From NCBI GenBank assembly GCA_964355375.1, contig CAYHFE010000001.1:27891-75989 (forward strand): a stretch of DNA of 48,099 nt. Direction: 5' to 3'. Made by a program: the position numbers and the translations under genes. This document shows positions 1 through 7,826 of this stretch, piece after piece. Each line of letters starts with the position of its first letter. The first letter of the stretch is position 1. Source of the DNA: an uncultured Verrucomicrobiota bacterium. Its GTDB lineage: Bacteria; Verrucomicrobiota; Verrucomicrobiia; Limisphaerales; SIBE01. The notes below the pieces were generated by a model. That model was not told the origin of the DNA, ran no database searches, and saw nothing but the letters and a program-made list of their open reading frames with translations.

Positions 1-279
1 CGGAACGCGGTGGATGCGTCGCTTCAGACCAAAGGAGAAGTCCGGCTCGGTTGGAAGAAGGTTCCGGGCTACGTCGAGATTACGGTGGAAGATGAAGGTC
101 CAGGGCTTTCCAACACCACCAACCTCTTTGTGCCATTCTTCACGACCAAGCCGGGCGGCACGGGGATTGGGCTGACCCTGAGCCGGCAGATTGCCGAGGC
201 TCACGGCGGCAGTCTGTCGCTTCAGACCAAGGCGGAAGGTGGCGGTTGTATCGCGACGCTGCGATTGCCGATCAACTGA
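1..279 (+). CDS. sensor histidine kinase, C-terminal HATPase_c part (5' end lies outside the window)
   Basis: The frame is open from base 1. The translation contains the ATP-lid motifs 'VEDEGPGL' and 'FTTKPGGTGIGLTLSRQIAEAHGGSL', typical of HATPase_c. Stop at 277-279. Confidence 0.85.
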   Translation, partial: RNAVDASLQTKGEVRLGWKKVPGYVEITVEDEGPGLSNTTNLFVPFFTTKPGGTGIGLTLSRQIAEAHGGSLSLQTKAEGGGCIATLRLPIN

Positions 280-639
280 CCGGTCACGCCTCGTCCAATG
301 GTTATCGCGAAGGCTCGCGCTTCCTTGGCGACGAAGGCTTCCTCGTTCCGCGCCGGGCAGCAACCTTGCTGGCCGCAACCCCACCACCATGAAGCGCACC
401 TTGCGCCGCAACAGCGCGCGCTGGAAACGAAGTTCACTTGCGTTGAGCGAGGGCGCGGCCACGGGTCAGACTTCTCCTCAACCTTTCGAGCGGCGGATGC
501 TCCAGCAAAATGAGCGGGTGCCGCACATTGTCCGGGTCGGCCTCGGGACGCACCGCCAGCACAGCGCGGACGGACTTCATCAGCCGCGCCGCCCATCGCT
601 TGGCCTTGCGCGTCCGCGCCGCATACGCTCTCCGCTTCG

Positions 640-705
640 ACCGAGTCCCTCGCCCGCGGGAGCGGGAGAGGGTGGCCGCAGGCAGGGTGAGGGTTGTGGG
701 GCTGA
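640..705. repeat. GC-rich REP-like hairpin element
   Basis: Imperfect hairpin 647-672 ('ccctcgcccgc' ggga 'gcgggagaggg') followed by a G-rich tail 'ggtgagggttgtgggg'. It lies in non-coding DNA between the kinase and the helicase and truncates the ORF fragment at 754-849. Confidence 0.4.
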
Positions 706-753
706 ACACTTCGATCGGCGAGGGTGGGGTGAGGTGTCGCTCCCGGATTCACA

Positions 754-849
754 CCCAAATCCGTAAAGGTGCGCGCCGCTGATGGTGGCCAACAACAGCG
801 GATAAGGCTGGGCCGCGACGATGCGCTGGAGTCGTGGATCAATGGTCAT
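754..849 (-). pseudogene. N-terminal fragment of a nucleotidyltransferase (PF10127/RlaP-like family, from memory)
   Basis: An ATG at 849 opens 'MTIDPRLQRIVAAQPYPLLLATISGAHLYGF'. This resembles the 'llfatvSGSHLYGF' N-terminus of that family. The reading then runs into the REP-like element and loses similarity. The fragment overlaps the helicase stop by 11 nt. Confidence 0.3.
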
Positions 850-3800
850 TTTCAGGATGCCATAGACGCCTCAATTCCTCAGCGCGGCGAACAACTCGCT
901 CCACAACCTCAGCCTGCGGTTGCGCTGCCGGTGTCGAACTCGTCACGAGCTCCGGTGTGATATTCAATTCCTGCAAGCGCCGAAACACTGGCTGCAAGGC
1001 GCGGTCTTCATCGCGGAAGAAAAGGCTTCCGCGAATGCGAACAAATGTCCAACCGAGTCGTTCGAGAATCGCTTGGCGTTCGAGGTCTTCCTGAAGTTTC
1101 TCCGAGCCGTGAAATTGTTCGCCGTCGCACTCGATTGCCAATCGCTTGCCATTTCCGGTCACAACGAGGTCAATTGAATAAGCGCCGGCTGGAAACTCCG
1201 GCGTCACGTTGTATCGTTGCTCCATCAGCCGCCGCAGAACGACTCCCTGGAATTCTTTTGAGCGCGGGTCTGTCCGAGCCAGCCGTTTTTGCAACTCGCG
1301 TTCCCACGCGTTGGGGTCGAGCGCGTGTTCGATGAGGCGGCGGCGATAGTCACCGACCTGCAAATCGGTTTCGTGATTCAGGCTGTGGACAATCCACATC
1401 TGGTTACGGGCGCGGCTTGCCGCGACGTTGAAGCGCTTTTTGAAAATCTTCTTCGGCCCTTCTTGACGCATCGAAAGCGGCGGTTGTGCCGGCGGAGAAT
1501 CAACCACCGAAAGGAACATTACATCGCGCTCGTCACCTTGAAATTGCGCGGAGTCGCCACAGAGAATCTGGCGACGGCGATACTCGGCAGGCTCAAGACG
1601 CTGCCGCAGGATTGCGTCTATGCGCAACGCCTGCTTGTCGCCAACGAGCGAGACGACGCCAAAGCTGGAGCATTCCCGTTCGTGATTCACCGCGAATTCC
1701 GGTTGCTCGATGGCTGCGCAAATCAGCGATGCGACTGTTTCTGCTTCGACTTCGTTCACGTTGTCGCCCCGGTCGCGACCACTTGGAACTCGGTGAAAAA
1801 CGACGTGCGGTGTGAGCGGAATTGAGGAAGCTTCGCGCAGTGCTTTGATTTCTCCTTTGTAGGAAAGATCGTTGCTGAACGCGATGATATTCGGCGCGCA
1901 GCGAAAATGTTCCGTCAGCCGAATCACGCCACTGAAGGCAATTTGAGCGAGTTCGTAAACGGAGGTCGTTCCGTCGAAGAATGCTTTTAGGTCTATGCCG
2001 TCGAGATGAATCTTGATGAGATTCGTGACCTCTTGCATGTCCACCCCAACCGCTATGGGCGTAACCTGCTCGTCGTCTCCAACGATAATGGTCTGGTGTC
2101 CCAAGTAGAGCGCGAACAGCCCCGTCGGATCACATTGGCTGGCTTCATCAATAATGACGACATCGAACCTCGTCTTACGCGGATCGAATGTCTCGGCGGC
2201 TTCAGCAAGAGGCATGATCCATACCGGCACGGCGTCCTTTGCGGTCGCCATTTCTCTCCGTGCTGTTTCCAGAAATTCGGCGTCGCGAACGCCCTTGTGC
2301 GACTTGGTCAGCCTTTTTCGCGCTTCGGCATACGCACCCAATGCCCGCTTCTGCGCACTGGAAGTTTGCCGGATTTGGTTCAGCCACGTTTGTTTCTCGA
2401 CAAGTTGAGCGGTGACTTCGAGAAGCTGCTGTCCGAGGCGCTCGATTTGTTGCTGCAACTGATTGATGGAAACGCTTGCCCGTCTCTCCAGTTCATCGTG
2501 AAGCTGCCGCCATTCCCAAGCTGGGTGCGGGTCGCCCGCCGGTTGCGAGCCGCTATGCTGCGCGACACGATTTTCGATTGCTGATTTCCACGCTGGCGCA
2601 GTCTGCGCCATTCGTTCCAGCAGTTCACGCCGCCGGGCCAAATCGGATTCCAGATTTTTCAGTCGCGTCAATTCTTCGTGAGCCGATTGGTAGCTCGTTG
2701 GGGAAGCATCACGGATCGCCTGTCGCAATCGTTGTGTTGCCTGTGCTTCTGCGCCGTCTGATTCCGGAACTTGGTCGTGCCATGCGCGCAATGTCGCAAG
2801 CAGTCGTTTGTGTCTCAACCAACCGCTTCGCGATTGGAGAATCGGGCCGAGGTCGCCAAGCACCGCACTACGAATCCGGCGAAGCTCGGCGTTGTCTCCT
2901 GCTTCCGGCGCAGTGGAGTCCAGAAATGCGGCACACTGAAAACCAAGTTGCTGAAATTGATTTTCCAGGGGCTGCCAAGTGGACGTGTGCCATTCCAAGC
3001 AGAGTTGGATTTGCGGCACGAACTGTTTGCAGACCTGCTCTGGTCGTTCGCCCAATTCGGAACATGCGAGACCGCCCTGACACGCCATTTGGCGCTCCCA
3101 TCGTTCAACCAATTCGGAGCGAAGCTGTCGCATCCGCAGGAGCGCCCGCACTGCACGCAAGTGAGTGGCGTCATTCAGTTCCAAAGCGCGGCGGCCAACG
3201 CGAACCTTTTCCTTGAACTCGAACCAGTGCCGCTTCGTAAGCTTCGTGAGCAGGCCGAACGAATTGCCTGCGTCCTTGTGCTGGATAATTTCCTCGACCA
3301 TCGCCAGCAGTTCGTGTGGCGGGCGCGGGTCGGAAATCTCTGGACCATGTTCTATGACAAGAGCGTGGCACTCATAGACCTCACGCCATGTCGTTTGGAT
3401 TTTCTCCACCAAAGATTCCCATTCACGGCGAGCGATGTCGCCATCGCGACCAGCTTGGACAGCCAGCAGTTGCCACGGCGCGCTCTCACGCAGAAACTCA
3501 ATCGTCTTGCTGGCGAATTCCAGCATCCGATCAAACTCCGCGAGTTCGTCAGGCTCAAGCGCGGAATCCCAAAGCTCCTCACGAAGCCGAAGGTTTTGTT
3601 CGCCCAACGCAACCAACTCCTCAACTGCGTTTCTGAATTGGTTTGGGGTTGGCAACCTGGACAAATCCGGTCGGTAGCCAGCGAGTTCGCGCTCGTCATC
3701 GAGAGAAACGCGAGCGTTGGTTTGGTAGAGCGCCGCGACTTCTGGGTGCGATAGCGGCAGGCTCGCGCCCAAACTCACCGGGCTAGGAATCCAGTCGTCT

Positions 3801-5473
3801 GTTCCGACGCCTTCCTTGACGCGCCTGGCCGCGACAATTGGCCGCATGGATTTTCCACCAAACACGACATCGCGGATTTCATCCTGCCGCGCGTCGAGAA
3901 GCTTCTCGCGCGCACTACGCAAGGCATCCAGAATGCGCTTTCGCTCCCACGAGCAAAGGTTTGCGTCTCGTTCCAACAGACGCTCATCTTCGCTGAGGCG
4001 AACGTGAATCTTGCGAACGGACGCTTGGAGTTCCTCCTGGCTCTGTTTGTCGTTGTGAAGGACGCTGATGCAAAGCGGTTGGAGCGGCTCGACAACTTTC
4101 TGACGAAGCACGCGCAGCGCCTTGGGTGTGTGGGCAGTGACAAGCACACGCTTACCCTGCGAGAGCAGGTGGCCGAGCAGGTTTGCAATCGTGTGAGTTT
4201 TGCCTGTGCCAGGCGGCCCTTGCACGAGCACACAATCGCGTCGCATGAGTTGCTTGGCGATTTCGAGTTGCTCGCGATTGGCGGGCTTGCTCAAGAGCAC
4301 TTCATCATCCTCGTTGCCAAAACTCTGCCCGCCGGAATGAACCTCAGCCGAGACAGGGCCGCACGCCTCCAGTCCGAGGATTTGCAGCAAGGACGAGGGA
4401 AAGATTTCGCGGTTGGCGATGTCCTCCAAGACTAAATCGAAAATGTTTGCCGGCCCAGTTCGCCGCTGTCGCATGAAGATGGCTGGCTGGCGGTGAATGA
4501 CAGGAGCGCTCTGGTCTGGTGTAGCTCGCGGCTGATTGAACAAGTCTGAGCGAGAAGAAGCCTCACTTTGTTCCTCCTCTGCCACTCTGCCGCTGCTCGG
4601 GAACAGCCCTTGGATTAGCCGGCGCAAGAAACCGTCAGTATCGTCACCGCCCATCGGCGCGAATTCCGCTTTCTTCAACTCGTCAGCGCAACGCGCAAGC
4701 TGTTGCGCGTTCACTCCCGGCAGGACACGGAGAAATTCCATATAAAGCTCCGGCTGTTGCTCTCGCTTTCGGAAAACAAACTGCGGCTGGCGCTTTTCGG
4801 GGTAGAATTCGAGTTCCAACTTCTGAAGAAGCACCGGATGGCGAAACTTTTCACCGATTTCCGGGACGCACTGCAACAAGCCGTCGCCAACCAGCAACTC
4901 CATGCGCTCGCCTTCACGCTCTTGAACTCCATACCACTCGTAAACGGTTTGGAAGAACGCCAGCGATTGGCGAGCGGGTTGCTCGTTCGTCACCCACTGT
5001 TCACGCTGCTGCTGCCAAGCCCGGAGCAGTGAAGGACGGCGCGAATCTGCGTCGAACCGCTCAATAATCGTTCTGCCTTCTCTGTCCGCCGCGTTTCGTG
5101 TCGGCTGGATTTCAACCGAGCCGGGAAGTTCCCGCCAGCCCGGTCTCAACCATTCCGCCAACGCCGGAGGCGGCGGCGGGCACTGCGTGATGACGGGTCG
5201 CGTCAGCCGCAGCACGATGTCGCTGTCCCGAATCTCTTCTTCCGATTTGCCAACGTCTCGAAACAGTTCAACCGACGGATGCGACGGAAGGTCTTTCAGC
5301 CAGAGCGACCGCGGCTGTTGAGCGATGTTGCGAACAGGCGGGAAGCGAAGGTCTGTGTATGCCTTGAGAAACTCAAAGAGCTTGGTCAACCGCTCGCGCA
5401 TTGGCTGCGTATTTGGTTGGTCGCTCATGGTTTGATTGTGCCGAGGTTTTAACAGGCAAACAAGTTCACCCAT
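839..5473 (-). CDS. giant SF1 (Upf1/DNA2-like, AAA_11/AAA_12) helicase fused to a C-terminal DUF559/Vsr-fold endonuclease domain; Hhe-like defence protein
   Basis: 1544-aa ORF. Helicase motifs: Walker A 'VQGPPGTGKTHT', motif II 'VVIIDEASQ', 'VGDDEQV', 'EHFRCAPNIIAFSN', 'QFQGDERDVMFLS', 'RFNVAASRARNQMWIV'. The C-terminus 'YSIDLVVTGNGKRLAIECDGEQFHGS...ILERLGWTFVRI' matches DUF559/Vsr-like nucleases. The more likely start is the ATG at 5428 ('MSDQPNTQ'), 20 nt after the upstream ORF stop. Confidence 0.9.
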   Translation of the reverse strand: MGELVCLLKPRHNQTMSDQPNTQPMRERLTKLFEFLKAYTDLRFPPVRNIAQQPRSLWLKDLPSHPSVELFRDVGKSEEEIRDSDIVLRLTRPVITQCPPPPPALAEWLRPGWRELPGSVEIQPTRNAADREGRTIIERFDADSRRPSLLRAWQQQREQWVTNEQPARQSLAFFQTVYEWYGVQEREGERMELLVGDGLLQCVPEIGEKFRHPVLLQKLELEFYPEKRQPQFVFRKREQQPELYMEFLRVLPGVNAQQLARCADELKKAEFAPMGGDDTDGFLRRLIQGLFPSSGRVAEEEQSEASSRSDLFNQPRATPDQSAPVIHRQPAIFMRQRRTGPANIFDLVLEDIANREIFPSSLLQILGLEACGPVSAEVHSGGQSFGNEDDEVLLSKPANREQLEIAKQLMRRDCVLVQGPPGTGKTHTIANLLGHLLSQGKRVLVTAHTPKALRVLRQKVVEPLQPLCISVLHNDKQSQEELQASVRKIHVRLSEDERLLERDANLCSWERKRILDALRSAREKLLDARQDEIRDVVFGGKSMRPIVAARRVKEGVGTDDWIPSPVSLGASLPLSHPEVAALYQTNARVSLDDERELAGYRPDLSRLPTPNQFRNAVEELVALGEQNLRLREELWDSALEPDELAEFDRMLEFASKTIEFLRESAPWQLLAVQAGRDGDIARREWESLVEKIQTTWREVYECHALVIEHGPEISDPRPPHELLAMVEEIIQHKDAGNSFGLLTKLTKRHWFEFKEKVRVGRRALELNDATHLRAVRALLRMRQLRSELVERWERQMACQGGLACSELGERPEQVCKQFVPQIQLCLEWHTSTWQPLENQFQQLGFQCAAFLDSTAPEAGDNAELRRIRSAVLGDLGPILQSRSGWLRHKRLLATLRAWHDQVPESDGAEAQATQRLRQAIRDASPTSYQSAHEELTRLKNLESDLARRRELLERMAQTAPAWKSAIENRVAQHSGSQPAGDPHPAWEWRQLHDELERRASVSINQLQQQIERLGQQLLEVTAQLVEKQTWLNQIRQTSSAQKRALGAYAEARKRLTKSHKGVRDAEFLETARREMATAKDAVPVWIMPLAEAAETFDPRKTRFDVVIIDEASQCDPTGLFALYLGHQTIIVGDDEQVTPIAVGVDMQEVTNLIKIHLDGIDLKAFFDGTTSVYELAQIAFSGVIRLTEHFRCAPNIIAFSNDLSYKGEIKALREASSIPLTPHVVFHRVPSGRDRGDNVNEVEAETVASLICAAIEQPEFAVNHERECSSFGVVSLVGDKQALRIDAILRQRLEPAEYRRRQILCGDSAQFQGDERDVMFLSVVDSPPAQPPLSMRQEGPKKIFKKRFNVAASRARNQMWIVHSLNHETDLQVGDYRRRLIEHALDPNAWERELQKRLARTDPRSKEFQGVVLRRLMEQRYNVTPEFPAGAYSIDLVVTGNGKRLAIECDGEQFHGSEKLQEDLERQAILERLGWTFVRIRGSLFFRDEDRALQPVFRRLQELNITPELVTSSTPAAQPQAEVVERVVRRAEELRRLWHPENDH

Positions 5474-5643
5474 TCCCGCCGTGCCTTGATGAGGAAGCGG
5501 TTCGCCGCTTCGTAGTCGGGGCGCTCGTGCAGTTTAGCTTCGGCCAGGACGCGTTCGAAGTCGCAGTGCAGTTTCTCAAGCCGGGGTGTCTGCGCCCAGC
5601 CACCGAATCCGGATTGCGGCAGTTCTGCGCGGTTCGGTTTCAT
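5449..5643 (-). CDS. hypothetical small protein (64 aa), paralog of the ORF at 5919-6077
   Basis: Its ATG overlaps the upstream ORF stop (ATGA at 5640-5643). Third-position GC is high. It shares 'ERPD..AANRFLIKAR' with the 52-aa ORF, and one nucleotide difference between the copies is synonymous (aac/aat). Confidence 0.5.
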   Translation of the reverse strand: MKPNRAELPQSGFGGWAQTPRLEKLHCDFERVLAEAKLHERPDYEAANRFLIKARREWVNLFAC

Positions 5644-5885
5644 TCCGGTGGTTTCCCTTGCACTCGATACGACAGAGGCTCTTCACGCAAAACGCCCGGG
5701 TCCGGCACGGATCGCGCCGGGCGCAGGGCATCCAGCAGGGCCAGCTTTTCCTCAATGGGCCGGGCGGCGAGGCGTTGCCGGAAGTCGCGCTTGCCTTGCA
5801 GAATCTTGGAAAGATCGAAGGTCATGTCGGTTTGCATCTGATTGATCGCCGCGATGGTGTTCCTGATGTTCATCGGTTCAATCAT
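5640..5885 (-). CDS. hypothetical small protein (81 aa)
   Basis: ORF 'MIEPMNIRNTIAAINQMQTDMTFDLSKILQGKRDFRQRLAARPIEEKLALLDALR...' is co-directional with the 64-aa ORF and the helicase and is translationally coupled to them. I recognise no family. Confidence 0.5.
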   Translation of the reverse strand: MIEPMNIRNTIAAINQMQTDMTFDLSKILQGKRDFRQRLAARPIEEKLALLDALRPARSVPDPGVLREEPLSYRVQGKPPE

Positions 5886-5918
5886 CTCGCGGGCATATTG
5901 CCAGCCGTCCTGCCGGAT

Positions 5919-6077
5919 TCAAAGTGGATTGAGACTGGCCATTTCCTGCCGTGCCTTGATGAGGAAGCGATTCGCCGCTCCCGCCGTGCTCGCGCACCGT
6001 CGCGGCAGGTCGTCGTCGGGGCGTTCCAGTGTGTTCGGCGGGCGGGTGAAAGGTTTCGCGGCAGCTTTCTTTGTCAT
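5919..6077 (-). CDS. hypothetical micro-protein (52 aa), paralog of 5449-5643
   Basis: Translated by hand: 'MTKKAAAKPFTRPPNTLERPDDDLPRRCASTAGAANRFLIKARQEMASLNPL'. It is below the ORF-track length cut-off. A ~38-nt stretch (5944-5980) is near-identical to 5474-5510. Its stop lies 33 nt upstream of the 81-aa ORF. Confidence 0.4.
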   Translation of the reverse strand: MTKKAAAKPFTRPPNTLERPDDDLPRRCASTAGAANRFLIKARQEMASLNPL

Positions 6078-6257
6078 TCCCTGAGTTGGGAAAACCTGGC
6101 CGGAATGAAAAGCGTTTTGGCTCGGTTCGCCGGGCGCGGCAGGCCGGACGCCCGCACGGCCTTCACATCGTCACGTAAATCTCATTTCCCTTCTCCGGAA
6201 ACTCGCGGGACCTTTCTTCCATCCCCTTTTTCAAGGCTGCTTCGTCACAGATTTCTT

Positions 6258-6819
6258 TCACGGCCACGATTCCAGTTTCAGTCCGCTGACCCGCTGGAAC
6301 TCGCGACCGTTGTTGGTGACGAGCGTGAGGCTACCGGGGACTGCCTGCCCGGCGATGAGCAAGTCGTAAGGCCCGATGGACGCACCCTGGAGCTCCAGTT
6401 CCGCGCGAATGTTCGCGGCGGCCTCCGCGCCCGCACGGTCGAGCGGCACTTCAGCGATGGCGGAAACAAATCGCTCCACCTTCGGCCGTTCTTTCGCCAG
6501 GTCTTGCGCCTTTGCCAGCCCGCAAAATAATTCATTAGAAAGAGCAGTTGGAGCCGCGAAACACGCGAACCACGCTAAAGCCGATAAGATTCTGAAGAAT
6601 GCGCCACTCACTTACCGGGTGAAGACGCACGTTGGCTTAACGAATTCTCCTTTAGCGTAGTTGGCGTGTTTCGCGGTTTGAACTACCGGAATTAGGTTCA
6701 TAGACCGTGACCATGGAGACGGCACAATCCGTCGGCGCGACCTGGCTCAACCGTTGCACCAGGCCCGGTCGCTGGCGGAGCACGCCGATGCAGGTGTCAG
6801 TATCGAGCAGGTGGGTCAT
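6258..6819 (-). pseudogene. vapC: PIN-domain toxin VapC, interrupted by a 166-bp insertion
   Basis: The N-terminal 41 codons (6819-6697) read 'MTHLLDTDTCIGVLRQRPGLVQRLSQVAPTDCAVSMVTVYE'. The C-terminal 90 codons (6530-6258) read 'LFCGLAKAQ...GPYDLLIAGQAVPGSLTLVTNNGREFQRVSGLKLESWP'. Joined, they give a typical 131-aa VapC. The insertion shifts the frame. Confidence 0.85.
6531..6696. mobile_element. MITE-like non-autonomous insertion inside vapC
   Basis: 166 bp flanked by the direct repeat 'ttcat' (6531-6535 and 6697-6701). A ~28-nt imperfect inverted repeat has a perfect 13-bp core, 'ccgcgaaacacgc' (6555-6567) against 'gcgtgtttcgcgg' (6664-6676). It has no coding capacity. Confidence 0.7.
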
Positions 6820-6828
6820 GGCGGCAGC

Positions 6829-7059
6829 CTAAAAAGGTTTTGCGGGGGGCAGTTGTCCCTGGTCGGGCCGCGAAAATGCCGGGTCGGTGATGTGAATCGA
6901 ATCAAAGAAGCCTTCGGGCCAGGTTTTCGGTTTCAACGGCTCCAACACAATCGCCTCGCCTTCGTGACGGACGCCAACCGTGGGCGTGGAGATGTGAAAG
7001 CCTTTCGGGAGGCACACGGTCTGGCATTCGCCTTCGTGGATGACGGTTGCTGTTTCCAT
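6829..7059 (-). CDS. vapB: AbrB/MazE-fold antitoxin VapB
   Basis: 'METATVIHEGECQTVCLPKGFHISTPTVGVRHEGEAIVLEPLKPKTWPEGFFDSI...' is the SpoVT/AbrB-type antitoxin pattern. It ends 9 nt upstream of the vapC ATG. Confidence 0.85.
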   Translation of the reverse strand: METATVIHEGECQTVCLPKGFHISTPTVGVRHEGEAIVLEPLKPKTWPEGFFDSIHITDPAFSRPDQGQLPPAKPF

Positions 7060-7144
7060 AATCGTGTTCGGTCAAGCGTACTCTTACGGGCGACAACTTA
7101 CCACGTTTCACACTTTCGCGTAAATCTCGTTTCCCAGCTCCGCA

Positions 7145-7264
7145 GCAGTTCTCATTTTGACAAGTATGTAGTCCCGGCTTCAGCCGGTCGCCAGGTGAAA
7201 CCGGCTGAAGCCGGGACGACATGCGTGGAACGGACAGTGTCCTGAGTCAAAATGAGAACTGCGG
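7145..7264. mobile_element. MITE-like element with nested perfect hairpins
   Basis: Perfect 17-bp terminal inverted repeats (7145-7161 'gcagttctcattttgac' and 7246-7262). An inner perfect 17-bp stem pairs 7171-7187 with 7201-7217. The element is flanked by the 11-bp direct repeat 'ccagctccgca' (7134-7144 and 7265-7275). Confidence 0.6.
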
Positions 7265-7564
7265 CCAGCTCCGCAAAAACTCGGGGATTTTCTGTCCATT
7301 CGCGCTTGGCAAAGACAGAGCGAAGCGGCGAGTTGTCTTGTGCGAGCGAAGATCATCTCGACGTTTTCCCACTTGCGGGACGCCCTTATCCCAGCGGTGG
7401 GATACCCAGCCAAGCTGGTTCATCGGCGGGCAGCCTTCGGATGTTTGAAAACCAAGTGGTTGCGCGATTTCAGGATGCTGGCACGGGGACTGCAAATAGG
7501 CACGCGGGTTTCCAACGAGGGTGAGTTGGAATGTATGAATCGAAAACTTAACCGAACCGTTGAT

Positions 7565-7825
7565 ATGCCTGTCATTGCTAAATTCTATGGAATTGTCATC
7601 CGGATGTTGTTCATCCAGCCTTTCGTCGCCCATTTTCACGCCTTTTACGGAGAGAGCGAACTCGTGGTGGGAATCAACCCGCTGAAGGTCCTCCAAGGCG
7701 ATGCCCCGGGCCGGGCTCGTTCGATGGTGATGGAGTGGGCGCGGCAACATCAGCGAGAGCTTCTGGAGGACTGGAGTCGGTTGGGCAGGGCGCAGGGCGC
7801 GCAGCCGATTGAACCACTCGTGTGA
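7565..7825 (+). CDS. DUF4160 domain protein
   Basis: From the ATG at 7565: 'MPVIAKFYGIVIRMLFIQPFVAHFHAFYGESELVVGI...LPGRARSMVMEWARQHQRELLEDW'. This matches the DUF4160 pattern 'FYGI.I.MY...H.PPHFHA.Y'. Confidence 0.8.
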   Translation: MPVIAKFYGIVIRMLFIQPFVAHFHAFYGESELVVGINPLKVLQGDAPGRARSMVMEWARQHQRELLEDWSRLGRAQGAQPIEPLV

Positions 7826-7826
7826 T

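Noticed and set aside
7235-7262. TPP-riboswitch-like 'cctgag' word near the ThiC-like tail relic.
   Set aside because: It is part of the MITE terminal inverted repeat, and no other TPP riboswitch elements (the 'ACCTGATCTGGATAATGCCAGCG'-like arm) are present.
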